Part shown: positions 42,001 through 51,523 of the stretch, in pieces | Layout: each line of letters opens with the position of its first letter | Position numbering within the stretch: position 1 is the first letter of the stretch | Origin: an uncultured Gemmataceae bacterium | GTDB lineage: Bacteria; Planctomycetota; Planctomycetia; Gemmatales; Gemmataceae | DNA: 64,000 nucleotides | Reading direction: 5' to 3' | Assembly (NCBI GenBank): GCA_963750165.1 | Contig: CAVVPN010000010.1 | Location: forward strand, 160,001 to 224,000 | The notes under the pieces: generated by a model | Told to the model about the DNA's origin: nothing | Databases searched by the model: none | The model's input: only the letters and a program-made list of their open reading frames with translations | Made by a program: the position numbers and the translations under genes

Positions 42001-45000
42001 TGGTGAGGAGACCGCTGTCCGCGCTCACGTTCAAGGTCTGGCCTGGGCCGGTTTGGTAGGTGGCGTCCTGGGCCACCGGGGCGACGTCGGTCACGGTCAG
42101 CGTGACGGTCGTCGGGGCGCCGCCGTTGGCGTCCTGGTAGGTGAAGGAGTCCGTGCCCACGAAGCCCGGGGCCGGCTGATAAATGAACGACCCGTCGCCG
42201 TCCCACGTCAGGGTGCCGTCGGAGACGTTGGTTACCAGGGTGGCGCCGTCGGCGCCGGTATCGTTGGCCAGCACGCCCGGCGCGGTCACCTGCAGGACCT
42301 GGTCGTGCTCGACGGTGAAGGTGTCGGCGGTCGCGACGGGGATGGGGCCCACGGAGTTGATGGTGAAGGTCATCAGGCTGGAGGCGGCGTCGTAGTCGGC
42401 GCTGCCGGGGAAGGAAGCGACGACGGTGTAGGTGCCAGAGTCGGTCGGCGCCCCCGGGAGCGGGTCGCCCGTGGCGGTGGGGCCGGCGTAGTAGGTCACG
42501 GTCAGGCCGACGCCTTCGAGGGTGGGGCCGGGGATGCCGTCGCTGCCGACCACGGAAGCGGTCGCCGCAAAGGGCGAGCCGTTGTACGTGCCGCCTTCGT
42601 CGATGACGGTCACCGTCGCCGTCGTCGAGGGCGGTTCGGCCGGCGTGTTCAGGACCACGTCGTAGCCGCCGTTGCCCTTGTAACTGATTTGATACACCCG
42701 GCCCCCAACGGGGACGAGATCCCCTTCGGGGAGCCCGTTAAAGATGCCGTTGACGGGGGCGCCGCCTGTGTTGTGGATGAGGGTGTATGAATCCGCGAGG
42801 TCGGGCCCCAGCGCGGATAGATCGAGATTGCCGCTCAGGTTGACCGTGGAGGCCACGATCAAATCGGAGGGGTCGCCGACCTCCCCCAGGTCGAAGTGGA
42901 GCGTCCCCGTCTCGGTGTACGAACCGATGACCGTGATGGTCCCGGGCACCTGGTCGCCCCCCGGGTAGAGGTCGCCGGCGTCCGAGAGGGCGCCCGTCAG
43001 CGTACCCGTGCCGGACAGGCTGCCCGTGTTGCGCAGGGTACCGCCGCCACCGCCAATCGTGCCATTCCAGATGCCGTCCCCTTCGTTGAGGACCGTCCGC
43101 GTGTTCAGGGTCACCGGGCCGTTGATGGTCAGGTTCCCCCCTGGCTTCAGGTCGGTGGTGCCGCTGCCGCTCATGGTGCCGCCGGACCAGGTGAGCGCCT
43201 GGGCGACGGTGGCGGTGCCGTCCCCCTGCAACGTGCCGCCCAGTTGCGTGAGGGTCCCGTCGTCGGTCAGGGTGCCGACGGAGACCGTGCCGTCGTCCAG
43301 GGCGTAGGAGGTCTGAACGGTCAGCGTGCCCTGGATGTCGAGGAGGCCGCCCGTTTGCTGGACGGTGCCGGCGACGCCGAGGGAGCCGACCGCGGTGGTC
43401 TGGCCGCCCAGCAGGTTCATGTCCACGGTCGTGTTCTGCGTGATCGTGTTGTCCTGGATGGTGTCCGTCACGCCGGCGTTCACCACCAGGCCCTGCTGGT
43501 TGTTCGTGATGGTGTTGCCGGTCAAAGCGGTGCCGGTGCCGGCGACGAGGTTGACGCCAGCACCGCTGTTGTCGTGAATGTTGTTGGCGGTGAGGGTGTT
43601 GCCGTTGGTGTCCGGGCCCAGGAGCGAGACGCCGTCCTCGCCGTTGAAGGCGATGGTGTTGCCGTTGCCGGCCAGGCCGATGGCGTTGTTGTTCGCGCCG
43701 TTCTGGACCACTATCCCGCTCAGGGTGTTCCCGTAGGACTGGTTGTTGTCATCGACGCCGACGTAGTTGCCCGTGAGCCAGTTGGCAAAGGTGCCGGTGC
43801 CGTCCAGGAGGGCGCCCGTGTCCCAGATGTTCTGGGCGACCGCCACCCCGGTGCTGTTTTCCATCAACAGGCTCGCGCCCATGCCGCCCGGAGCAGCGGG
43901 TTCCTGGATGATCCGGTTGTTCCCGACCGCGATGTTGTTGAGGGTGCCGGTGTTGTTGACGCTTTCAACGCTCGCGACGCCCTTGCCGTGGAAGCCGGTG
44001 TTGTCTCGTACGACGGTGGCGCCGAGGGCCCCCGTGACGCGGATGGCTGCCGCCGTGTTGACCAGCGCCGTCTGGCCGGTCTTGTCGGAGCCGACCTTGT
44101 TGCCGATGACCCGGTTGCCGTAGCCCCGCTCCACGAGGATGCCCTGTTGCTGGTTGCCGGAGACGATGTTGGGTGCGGCGGCGCTGCCGACGGTGGCGGC
44201 GTTCACCCCGTCGAGGTGGATGCCCACCTGGTTGGCCCGCACGGCCGCGCCGAAGGGATCGAGGCCGACGATGTTGCCCAGGATCACCAGCCCCGTGTTG
44301 CCGCCGCCGGACACATAAATGCCGTCCTTGCCGTTGGAGCCGATGGTGTTGCCGGCGCCCTGGGCGGTGCCGCCGATGGTCACGGAGGCTTTGACGGCGG
44401 GGGTGTAGACCGCCGCCCAGGTGCCGCCGCCGCCGTAGTTGCCGTTGCCGGTGGTGCCGTTGAGGCTGAAGGTGTTGCCGTCGATCACGGTGATGGTGAA
44501 GGTGCCGTTGGCGTTGGTGTTGCCCAGCACCCCCTGGATGGTCACTCGCTGCCCGGTTTCCAGGTTGTGGCCGTTGCTGGTGATGGTGATGGGGCCGACG
44601 CCGTTGCCGGACGTGCCGGTGATGGTGCCGCCGGATGCGGCGAAGCCCAGGGAGATGCTGATGCCGTTGCCCGAGTTGGGCAGGGCGGCGCCCCGCCGGT
44701 CCAGGCCGATGAAGTTGCCCTGGATGGTGCTGTCCGTGCGGACCGTGTTGATGCCGTCGCTGGTGTTGCCCGAGATGATGTTGCCGGGCGGCCGGGCGCC
44801 GTTGCTCACGCCGCCGATGACCAGCCCCGACACCCCGTCCGTGCGGATGCCGCTGCCGTTGCCCAGGTTGGGCTTGCCGAGCCCCTGCTTGTTGGTTCCG
44901 ATCATGTTCCCCTGAATGATGGTCGAGGTGAGGCCGACGCGCAGGTCGATCCCGGTCGTGTTGCCGGAGATGCAGTTGCCCGCCCCCGCGCCGCCGCCGA

Positions 45001-46366
45001 TCGTCAGGTTCCGGTAGCGTTTGGCCTGGATGCCGAACGACTGGGTGCCCAGTTTGGCGTTGCCCGTCTTGTCGGTGCCGATCAGGTTGCCCTGGATGGT
45101 GTTGTTGCTGGCGTACCAGATGGTCTGTTCGTTGACATCGTAGCCGGAGATGTTGATGCCGACCGAACTGTTGCCCGCGATCAGGTTGCCGGGGGGCAGC
45201 CCCATGCCGTCCGGCAGGCCGAGCAGGTTCACCCCGCCGATGAGGTTGCCGCTGCTGGAGATGAAGACGCCGAACCGGTTCGGGACGGCGACCGTGCCGT
45301 CGATGTTGGTGCCGATGTAATTGCTCTGGACCTTGGTGTTGTAGGTCCCGCCGTGGGAGCCGATGAGGATGCCGGAGTTAACCGCCCCGGAGATGATGTT
45401 CCGGTTCGTGAGGTCGGTGCCGCCGATGATGTTGTTTTGGGGGTAAGTGTCCGTATAAGAGCCATTCTCATCCGGCATCAACACCACGCCGTAAATGCTG
45501 CTGCCGAGCTTGTTTTGCCCGGTCTTGTCCAGGCCGATGAGGTTGCCGGCAACCTGGTTGGAGTTAGACTGGTTGTAGATGGCGACGTTGGCCCAGTACC
45601 CGTTCGCGATCACATTCCCCTGGCCGGTGCCCGGGGTGAGGGCCGTGCCGCCGACCATGTTGGAGTTGGACTGGTTGTCGAGCTGAACATTGACGTGCGT
45701 CCGGCCCGCCACCTTGGTGCCCGCGATGTTGGTGCCGATGTAGTTGCCCTGGATGAAGCTGTTGGAAGTCTTTTCAAAGGAGACGTTGATGTTGTTGCCG
45801 GCAATGATGTTCCGGGCCGTCGAGGATCCGATTTTGACGTTGGACGAGTTGGTGACGTGGACGCCGGTGTCGCCGCCGCTCACCTGGTCGGCCGCGTTGA
45901 TGCCGATCAGGCAGCCCATGACCTGCGAGTTGCTGCCGTTGTTGATCAGAATCTGGTCCTTGGCGTCGTTGCGGATGCAGAGCGAATTGATGGTCGCGTC
46001 CGTCCCCTGCACGCTCAGGCCGTAGTCGCGCCCGTTCCCGTCGATGGTCACGGCCGGCAGGCCGTTCTTCAGCACCTGCGTGTTGCCCAGGATGTCGAGG
46101 GGGTTGGTGATGGTCAGGTCGGGCAGGGCCTTGTTGAGGGTGATGGTGGTGGCGTTGCCGGGGATGGCGAACAGGATCTGGTCCCGGTCGTTCTGGGCGT
46201 TGGCCTGGTTGATGCACCAGCGCAGCGAGCCCTCGTTGCGCATGGTCATGTTGTTGAACCCACCGACGTTGTTGTCCAGGTTGTTGACCACCCAAAAAAC
46301 GGCCGGCGCCAACCGGTCTTCCAGGAGGTCGAATTCAGGCCTCACGCGACGTTGGAGAGTCTTCAT
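39068..46366 (-). CDS. Giant secreted surface protein/adhesin: beta-helix repeats, Ig-like (Big_9/tandem-95) repeats, C-terminal galactose-binding-like domain
   Basis: RRVRPEFDLLEDRLAPA planctomycete motif; many GN.IG.D..G repeats; GTLTLNADGSFTYTP..GFVGTDSFTY repeats; QWASSV.DFSS...ALGAPD C-terminus. Confidence 0.9.
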   Translation of the reverse strand: MKTLQRRVRPEFDLLEDRLAPAVFWVVNNLDNNVGGFNNMTMRNEGSLRWCINQANAQNDRDQILFAIPGNATTITLNKALPDLTITNPLDILGNTQVLKNGLPAVTIDGNGRDYGLSVQGTDATINSLCIRNDAKDQILINNGSNSQVMGCLIGINAADQVSGGDTGVHVTNSSNVKIGSSTARNIIAGNNINVSFEKTSNSFIQGNYIGTNIAGTKVAGRTHVNVQLDNQSNSNMVGGTALTPGTGQGNVIANGYWANVAIYNQSNSNQVAGNLIGLDKTGQNKLGSSIYGVVLMPDENGSYTDTYPQNNIIGGTDLTNRNIISGAVNSGILIGSHGGTYNTKVQSNYIGTNIDGTVAVPNRFGVFISSSGNLIGGVNLLGLPDGMGLPPGNLIAGNSSVGINISGYDVNEQTIWYASNNTIQGNLIGTDKTGNAKLGTQSFGIQAKRYRNLTIGGGAGAGNCISGNTTGIDLRVGLTSTIIQGNMIGTNKQGLGKPNLGNGSGIRTDGVSGLVIGGVSNGARPPGNIISGNTSDGINTVRTDSTIQGNFIGLDRRGAALPNSGNGISISLGFAASGGTITGTSGNGVGPITITSNGHNLETGQRVTIQGVLGNTNANGTFTITVIDGNTFSLNGTTGNGNYGGGGTWAAVYTPAVKASVTIGGTAQGAGNTIGSNGKDGIYVSGGGNTGLVILGNIVGLDPFGAAVRANQVGIHLDGVNAATVGSAAAPNIVSGNQQQGILVERGYGNRVIGNKVGSDKTGQTALVNTAAAIRVTGALGATVVRDNTGFHGKGVASVESVNNTGTLNNIAVGNNRIIQEPAAPGGMGASLLMENSTGVAVAQNIWDTGALLDGTGTFANWLTGNYVGVDDNNQSYGNTLSGIVVQNGANNNAIGLAGNGNTIAFNGEDGVSLLGPDTNGNTLTANNIHDNSGAGVNLVAGTGTALTGNTITNNQQGLVVNAGVTDTIQDNTITQNTTVDMNLLGGQTTAVGSLGVAGTVQQTGGLLDIQGTLTVQTSYALDDGTVSVGTLTDDGTLTQLGGTLQGDGTATVAQALTWSGGTMSGSGTTDLKPGGNLTINGPVTLNTRTVLNEGDGIWNGTIGGGGGTLRNTGSLSGTGTLTGALSDAGDLYPGGDQVPGTITVIGSYTETGTLHFDLGEVGDPSDLIVASTVNLSGNLDLSALGPDLADSYTLIHNTGGAPVNGIFNGLPEGDLVPVGGRVYQISYKGNGGYDVVLNTPAEPPSTTATVTVIDEGGTYNGSPFAATASVVGSDGIPGPTLEGVGLTVTYYAGPTATGDPLPGAPTDSGTYTVVASFPGSADYDAASSLMTFTINSVGPIPVATADTFTVEHDQVLQVTAPGVLANDTGADGATLVTNVSDGTLTWDGDGSFIYQPAPGFVGTDSFTYQDANGGAPTTVTLTVTDVAPVAQDATYQTGPGQTLNVSADSGLLTNATDSDGDQISNATVVSGPSNGALTLNADGSFAYIPNAGFVGADTFTYTVTADGLTSAPATVTLNVANQAPTAGNIGLDVIHDQPLTFSTTDLLANATDPQGYTLTAAIVTGPSDGTLTDNGDGTFTYMPNPGFVGTDTLTYQVSDGFNTSNTTLSLVVHDAPPDASNDVLYTAYNQTLTITTADLTDTAINPDGDTLTAAIVTGPSDGTLTDNGDGTFTYTPDVGFVGTESFTYQASNGISTSDAATVQVVVHNWAPQAFDATYQVAVNGQLTVAANNGVLSDAYDDEGDAITASLASGPSNGTLTLNADGSFTYTPNAGFVGTDSFTFTASDGNSNSDLGTVTLSVSAPPTATDVSAVTTTGQPVAVNVLNNVRDASGAALTVSAVTQGAFGTVIINPDNTVTYTPDAGFVGTDSFTYQASDGVNTSNTATVQVVVHNWAPQAFDATYQVAVNGQLTVAANNGVLSDAYDDTGDAITASLANGPSNGTLTLNADGSFTYTPNAGFVGTDSFTFTASDGNSTSDPGTVTLSVSAPLTATDVSAVTTTGQPVVVNVLDNASGAALTVSAVTQGAFGTVIVNPDNTVTYTPDPGAASDDTFTYTVSDGNGDTATATVQVVVHDWAPQVFDATYQVAVNGQLTVAANNGVLSDAYDDEGDAITASLASGPSNGTLTLNADGSFTYTPNAGFVGTDSFTFTASDGNSNSDLGTVTLSVSAPPTATDVSAVTTTGQPVAVNVLNNVSDASGAALTVSAVTQGAFGTVIINPDNTVTYTPNPGAVGDDTFTYTVSDGNGDTATATVYVSIYGSGQWASSVVDFSSQNSTGSAAALGAPDTLSYGPSATAWSPASQGGTTETLTLGFDTAVNATGFTIRETSGNGFVTRVDLIDTDGIAHTVWMGADTTPTGGPDDLIVNFGAPTSYLTCEICIYTDTDLAAGTFEGIDAVQLSDGTVNTLTDSNPTGNNPTGGTLTVLGLGY
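39600..41340 (-). repeat. Three near-identical ~546-555-bp tandem units within the adhesin gene
   Basis: Equivalent points at 39687, 40242 and 40788 with long identical nucleotide stretches. Confidence 0.9.
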
Positions 46367-46729
46367 GAGTCGGTTCCTTGCGTTGGGGATCGGGGGCTCC
46401 AGGATTCCAGGTTCCAGATGAGACAACGAGGCACCAGGGAACGCCGCGTAGCGTTCGTGCAAAACCAAAACTTCTTTGGCTCACCGGAGATCGGTTAACG
46501 AATTCTCCTGTGAGAGGGAAACGAGCCGACGTCGATAATGTTGGTGGGAATCAGCAGCAGACACATGGCGTGTGTCTGTTACTTTTCGCGCAGGCGGAGA
46601 GCCACCGGGCGCGCAGAAAGTGCGGGCGCCTCCGGTCGCCGGTTCGCCGGGAAAAACCACCATAAACTAATGGAAAACCACAAACGAACTCATCCAGTGG
46701 GGCACCGGCCCGGACGAGCCGGTGGGGCA

Positions 46730-47671
46730 TCATTTGCCGATCGTGAGATCGAGCGTCCTGTCGTCCCTTAACACCCGGAGCGTAAAGGATCCGCCGGCCG
46801 CCTTTTTCAAGGCAGTGAGAATATCGAACCTCGTCTCGAATTGGGAAACGTCCGCAATTTGGACGATCTGGTCGCCGCGGCGCAAGCCGTGCCGCGCGTA
46901 CGGCGATGCCTCGTTAAATTCCTCGACGACGAACTTGCCCTTTTGGTTTTTCAGGCGCAGCGGAAAATCGCGCACGGTGTAGAACCGGAACCACTCCGTC
47001 GCCGCGCCGGTGGGCGGGTAGGTCACGTCGATCTCGTCTCGCGTGCGCAGCACCCCACCGCCGGCAAACTGTGCGTCCTGCGCCAGGAGACTGGCAACGG
47101 ACAGGTCCGCAACGACAAAGCTGTTCCCGATGGTTTCCGCACTCACCTTGCCGAGGCAGAAGACGACGGAATCACTGATGGGCGACTGGTCCGCGGCACA
47201 CGACCCGGTCACGAAGATACAACAACTGGAGATGCCCGAACGTCCCTTCAACGTGAGGTTACCGTCCACGAAGAGGAGCGAGGAAATCACCGGGCCAGTG
47301 AGGGTCAGGTCCCCCTTGCAGACGATCACCGAGTCCCCGGTCCCCGCGATATGGACATTGCCGGTGGCGAATACGAGTTTTCCCATCGCCCGCTGCACTT
47401 TTCGCTTATCCCCGAGCGGTGCGATGGCCACCAGGGGGTTGGGCAGTTCGGACGGGGCGAAACGGGGGTTGATCTCTTTCGCCTTCGCGCGCACGAAGGC
47501 CAACTGCCGCAGGAACCCTTTCTGGTTCTCCTGCCATTCCTTTGGCGCCGCGGCAATGAAGCTGGTGAGCACAAACGGCTTCGCCGGTTTTTCCTGCGCT
47601 GCGCCGCGGTGCGCGGGCAAGGCTAACAATAACACCAGAAATGTGAGGTGTGGCCTGAACAGTTTTCGCAT
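46730..47671 (-). CDS. Secreted protein with beta-helix-like repeats and a C-terminal PDZ domain
   Basis: Signal peptide ending AQE; SPYARHGLRRGDQIVQI...LRVLR PDZ motif. Confidence 0.7.
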   Translation of the reverse strand: MRKLFRPHLTFLVLLLALPAHRGAAQEKPAKPFVLTSFIAAAPKEWQENQKGFLRQLAFVRAKAKEINPRFAPSELPNPLVAIAPLGDKRKVQRAMGKLVFATGNVHIAGTGDSVIVCKGDLTLTGPVISSLLFVDGNLTLKGRSGISSCCIFVTGSCAADQSPISDSVVFCLGKVSAETIGNSFVVADLSVASLLAQDAQFAGGGVLRTRDEIDVTYPPTGAATEWFRFYTVRDFPLRLKNQKGKFVVEEFNEASPYARHGLRRGDQIVQIADVSQFETRFDILTALKKAAGGSFTLRVLRDDRTLDLTIGK

Positions 47672-47802
47672 GGCTCCCCACTCCCTTACCTGAATTGGCG
47701 ACGATGGAAAGTAGCACTCCGACAAAAATTGGTTTGCCGCAATGACGACGAACAGGCCCGACAAACCTACCCCGACGGCAGACGAGCAAAACGAAATTGG
47801 AG

Positions 47803-48030
47803 TTAATTTATTGAGACTTCTCGCTCATCCCCACCGCTGAATAAGGCAGTGAACAACCCTTGGCATGGGGATGGACCACGCAGTGGCCAGGTTTTCGCCT
47901 ACATTTTCCACCGGATGTCCCCTTCAGCCCGAACAGGGACAGCGGAACTGCCGGACCAGTCGCCGCCGATGCTCTGCAACAAGTTAAGCCCAAATACGGT
48001 GGGGATGAGCGAGAAGTCTCAATTGATTAA
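47803..48030. mobile_element. MITE-like non-coding element with long terminal inverted repeats
   Basis: 27-bp perfect IR ATTGAGACTTCTCGCTCATCCCCACCG (47810-47836 / 47997-48023), extending imperfectly to TTAA. Confidence 0.65.
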
Positions 48031-48160
48031 TTGGAAATAGTCTCCGACGGGGAAGTGGGAGTCAAGTGAATTTTTTCGGAAGAGAAAAATCCCTACAACA
48101 ATCGGCAATGTCCCGCGCCCGTTCCACTGCCCGAACTCCTTTGACGAAAGCGAATGAACC

Positions 48161-49786
48161 ATGGCCGACTCATCCCGCACCAGTTACGACGAAGTTCCTT
48201 ACGAGAGCCACCCCTTCGCCCAGACGCACCCGGACCGCCTGGCGACCGTGGCCACGTTGCTCGGTCAGAACCCCGCCCCCGCCGACTGCTGCCGCGTCCT
48301 TGAACTCGGCTGCGCCGCGGGCGGCAACCTCCTGCCGATGGCTGACCAGCTGCCCGGCAGTACCTTCCTCGGCATCGACCTGTCGCGCGTGCAGATCGCC
48401 CAGGGCCGGGAACTGCTCGGCAAAGTCGGCCTGAAGAACGTTGAGCTGCGCCACCTCAGTATCCTCGACATCGGCCCCGACCTCGGCAAGTTCGACTACA
48501 TCCTTTGCCACGGCGTCTACTCCTGGGTGCCCGAGCCGGTCCGGGACAAGATCCTCAGCATCTGCAAGGAACACCTCAACCCCCCGGGCGTCGCCTACGT
48601 CAGCTACAACACTTACCCGGGCTGGCACATGCGCGGCATGATCCGCGACATGCTCAGCTTCCACGTCCGCTACTTCCGCGAGCCGCGCGTTCGCGTCAAA
48701 CAGGCCCGCAACCTCCTCGACTTCCTCGCCCGCACCGTCGCCGCCGAGAACACCCCGTACAGCCTGATGCTCAAGTCGGAACTCGAATCCTTCCGCCGCA
48801 GTGCCGACGCCTACCTCTACCACGAACACCTCGAAGACGTGAACGAGCCGGTCTACTTTTACCAGTTCGCCGAGCGCGCCGCCGCGCGCGGCCTGTGTTA
48901 CCTGGCTGAGGTGGATTTCCGCAGCATGGTGCCGGGCAACTATCCACCCGAGGTCGAGAACGTTCTGCAAATGTTGTCGCAGGATAACATCCACATGGAG
49001 CAGTACATGGATTTCCTGCGCAACCGCATGTTTCGCCAGACGCTGTTGTGCCACGACCATGTGACGCCCAATTACTCTCTACGGCCCGAACAACTCGTGG
49101 TGTTCCACGTGGCCTCGCCGGCCCGGCCCCAGGAGGCGGGCTGGACGCAGGCCGGCGGCGGGGTGAACCAGGAGGCGAAACGTGCGGCGCTGGCGTCCGA
49201 TCAACCGATCACGTTCGAGACGCCCGACGGAATCACGCTGCAGTCGCGCGAGCCGCTCGTCAAGGCAGCGATGGTCGCGCTGGCGGAGGTGTGGCCGCAG
49301 GCGGTGCCCTTCCGGGAATTGCTGAAGCGGGCACGGGCCCTGGTGCCTGCGGGTGGCGAAGGCGTCGATGAGACGCCGGACGTGCGGATTCTTGGACAGT
49401 CGCTGCTGACGTTCTATGCGTCGGCGTCCACGAGTCTGGTGGAATTGTCGCTGCGGCCACCGCGGCTGACAGCCCAGGTGTCGGAGCGGCCGGTGGTCGG
49501 CGCGCTGGCCCGCGCCCAGGCGGCGGTCGGGACCACGGTCACGAATCGGCGCCACCAACTAATGCCCCTCGGGGATCTGGAGCGGCATCTGGTAACGCTG
49601 CTGGACGGCACGCGGGACCGCCAGGCCCTGCTGGAGGGCCTAAGTGCGTGGACCAGCCGAGAATGGCGGCCGATTCAGAAAGACGGGAAGTTACTTTCAG
49701 ACGGTCCCGAGCGATTGGCGGCATTGGGGGAGATGATTGACCAGCAGCTGACGGCGTTCTCCCGCGGCGGCTTGCTGATGGCCTAA
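48161..49786 (+). CDS. Class I SAM-dependent methyltransferase with methyltransferase regulatory domain
   Basis: YDEVPYES, VLELGCAAGGN, FDYILCHGVYSWVP, YVSYNTYPGW, EQYMDFLRNR.FRQTLLC. Confidence 0.9.
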   Translation: MADSSRTSYDEVPYESHPFAQTHPDRLATVATLLGQNPAPADCCRVLELGCAAGGNLLPMADQLPGSTFLGIDLSRVQIAQGRELLGKVGLKNVELRHLSILDIGPDLGKFDYILCHGVYSWVPEPVRDKILSICKEHLNPPGVAYVSYNTYPGWHMRGMIRDMLSFHVRYFREPRVRVKQARNLLDFLARTVAAENTPYSLMLKSELESFRRSADAYLYHEHLEDVNEPVYFYQFAERAAARGLCYLAEVDFRSMVPGNYPPEVENVLQMLSQDNIHMEQYMDFLRNRMFRQTLLCHDHVTPNYSLRPEQLVVFHVASPARPQEAGWTQAGGGVNQEAKRAALASDQPITFETPDGITLQSREPLVKAAMVALAEVWPQAVPFRELLKRARALVPAGGEGVDETPDVRILGQSLLTFYASASTSLVELSLRPPRLTAQVSERPVVGALARAQAAVGTTVTNRRHQLMPLGDLERHLVTLLDGTRDRQALLEGLSAWTSREWRPIQKDGKLLSDGPERLAALGEMIDQQLTAFSRGGLLMA

Positions 49787-50038
49787 ATCGGCGCGAAATA
49801 CGTCGCAGATCTCGCGTTTCCGGCGCGGGGCCGCTTCGGTCAGTGACTCTTGCATGTAGCGCTTCGGATTCTGAAACAGATACAGATAAATCTTGGCTTT
49901 CCGGTAACCCAACAACTCCGGCTGCCGGTAGAGTTGAAAAACCGCTCTGCCGCCCCCCTTTTGATGGGCTTCCAGGAGCCGCAGCAGCGGGTGCCAACTC
50001 GTGGTGGGCCCCTCGCGGACATAATCTTCGATGGGCAT
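49697..50038 (-). CDS. Small hypothetical protein, possibly truncated (3' end runs into the methyltransferase gene)
   Basis: Starts just after the phosphorylase-domain gene. Confidence 0.35.
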   Translation of the reverse strand: MPIEDYVREGPTTSWHPLLRLLEAHQKGGGRAVFQLYRQPELLGYRKAKIYLYLFQNPKRYMQESLTEAAPRRKREICDVFRADLGHQQAAAGERRQLLVNHLPQCRQSLGTV

Positions 50039-50064
50039 GACTGCTCTTTCCGGAATCCGCCCCG

Positions 50065-50829
50065 TCAAGGTGGTTTCGTTTTTGCCAGTGCCGAGAGGAC
50101 AAACCACGCCGAATTGCGGCAGGCCCGCGGCCGGGTTTCCTCAAAAATCTTATCGCGCTGCTCGTCCGCGAAGTCGGAAATGCCCTTCATCACGATCCAG
50201 GCGGGATCCTCAGGTGGGGACACCGACACCAGCCCAACCCCTTCCATTTCGCCGCCCACGATCGGTTCGTCCGTTGGTGGAATGGCCCGCACCAGTTCGT
50301 CGCGGAACTTGCCGCTGAAGATTGCGGCACCGCCCAAGAGCAGTGCGCCAAGGTGGACCTGGAAGGGCAAGCCCTCTTGCTGGCTCTGCTTCAGGAACAG
50401 TTCGACCATGAACGGCCTGGCAGCTTGCCGCTTCGCCGGCCCGTAATCCACCCGGTAACCCTCGCCGTCCGCATGGACATTCCGGCGGTCGTAAGGGATG
50501 ATTGAGTTGGACACCAGGACATCGCCGGGTTTCTGGCGGCCCGGGTCGATGCCGAACGCCATGCCGAGCTGGACAATCGCAGTCGCGCCGGTCGCGGACT
50601 TGTAATAAATGCCCTGGGACGCTGACCCCTGATAGTTGAGCGGCCCCATCTCGGTCTGGACCGCAAGGACGCGAAAGTCACCCACCATGCCTATCCGGTA
50701 ATATCTCCCCAATTGCGGGTGCTTGCCTCGGTTGAACGGGAACCCCAACTCTTTCGCCACCTCCCGAAGTTGCTCCCTCTCGGTGGTCGTTGCGAAGAAC
50801 AAGAGCAGGTCGCAGGCAAATTCTTCCAC
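50065..50829 (-). CDS. Nucleoside phosphorylase (PNP_UDP / MTA-SAH nucleosidase-like) domain protein
   Basis: EMG, G.AFG....Q..GDVLVS, GGEMEG.G, WIVMKGISDFAD. Confidence 0.85.
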   Translation of the reverse strand: MEEFACDLLLFFATTTEREQLREVAKELGFPFNRGKHPQLGRYYRIGMVGDFRVLAVQTEMGPLNYQGSASQGIYYKSATGATAIVQLGMAFGIDPGRQKPGDVLVSNSIIPYDRRNVHADGEGYRVDYGPAKRQAARPFMVELFLKQSQQEGLPFQVHLGALLLGGAAIFSGKFRDELVRAIPPTDEPIVGGEMEGVGLVSVSPPEDPAWIVMKGISDFADEQRDKIFEETRPRACRNSAWFVLSALAKTKPP

Positions 50830-50979
50830 CTTGGGGCTCCGGCGATTGGGTGGTGCCCGTGAATCCCTGCCAGGTCAAGATAGGTTTATTTTCTCTGACC
50901 TGAGGTTCGCGGTCAATCCAGGTGCCTTGAGTTCCGTGGAGTGTCATGGGTTGCCACAACATGCCGCAAGGGCGTCAAT

Positions 50980-51032
50980 TCTCGACGTATGAAAATCTTG
51001 GCATTCTTGGCACCCTTGGCACCCTTGCTGTG
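50980..51032 (-). repeat. Dispersed ~50-bp repeat, copy 2
   Basis: Reverse complement GC-AAGGGTGCC-AAGGGTGCC-AAGAATGCC-AAGATTTTCATACGTCGAGA. Confidence 0.85.
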
Positions 51033-51122
51033 ACCGCCGTCGCCACCGGAAGCCCCGCCGTGCCACCCGGGACAGGCAGGGCCAAGGGCTTGTCACGCCT
51101 CAAAACACCAGCAACCCGGTCA

Positions 51123-51320
51123 TCAAAACAGCGTGCAAAGTAGCGGCGCGGACACGGCCCCGGCGAACAGCGCCAGTCCGCTGAGCAGCAGCAGCGCCAG
51201 CAGGATCGGCACCAGCCACCACTTGCCGCTGCAGCGCACGAACAGCCACAACTCCGGCAACAGGCTGTTGGAGACGCGCCGGCGTACCCGCACTTGCCCC
51301 CGCTCGTCCGTGGACCTCAT
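51123..51320 (-). CDS. DUF5989-like small membrane protein
   Basis: ELW.F....KWWL.PI...LLL...AP...TLF; GAGGAG RBS. Confidence 0.8.
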   Translation of the reverse strand: MRSTDERGQVRVRRRVSNSLLPELWLFVRCSGKWWLVPILLALLLLSGLALFAGAVSAPLLCTLF

Positions 51321-51523
51321 GTCCTTCTCCTCTCGTGACCGGTCAGCATGGCCGTGCAGGGCGTCGCAGCCCAGCAGGCGGTCGAACTTCCGCAGCGGCT
51401 TTTCGTAGAAGAGAACAATGTGTAGCGCGGCGGTGGACATGCCGCGGGCCGGACTATAGACCGAGCGGACGTTTGCGGCAAGTCGGCTTGGCAAACACGG
51501 CTCGTTGTCCGACAATTTGGGTA

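Noticed and set aside
38777..46498. Very long plus-strand ORFs (1337 aa and 1200 aa)
   Set aside because: Antisense shadows of the GC3-biased adhesin gene; Arg/Gly/Val-rich with no motifs.
51123..51140. C-terminal CTLF as another clamp-binding motif
   Set aside because: No Gln; it matches the normal AP..YTLF end of DUF5989-like membrane peptides.
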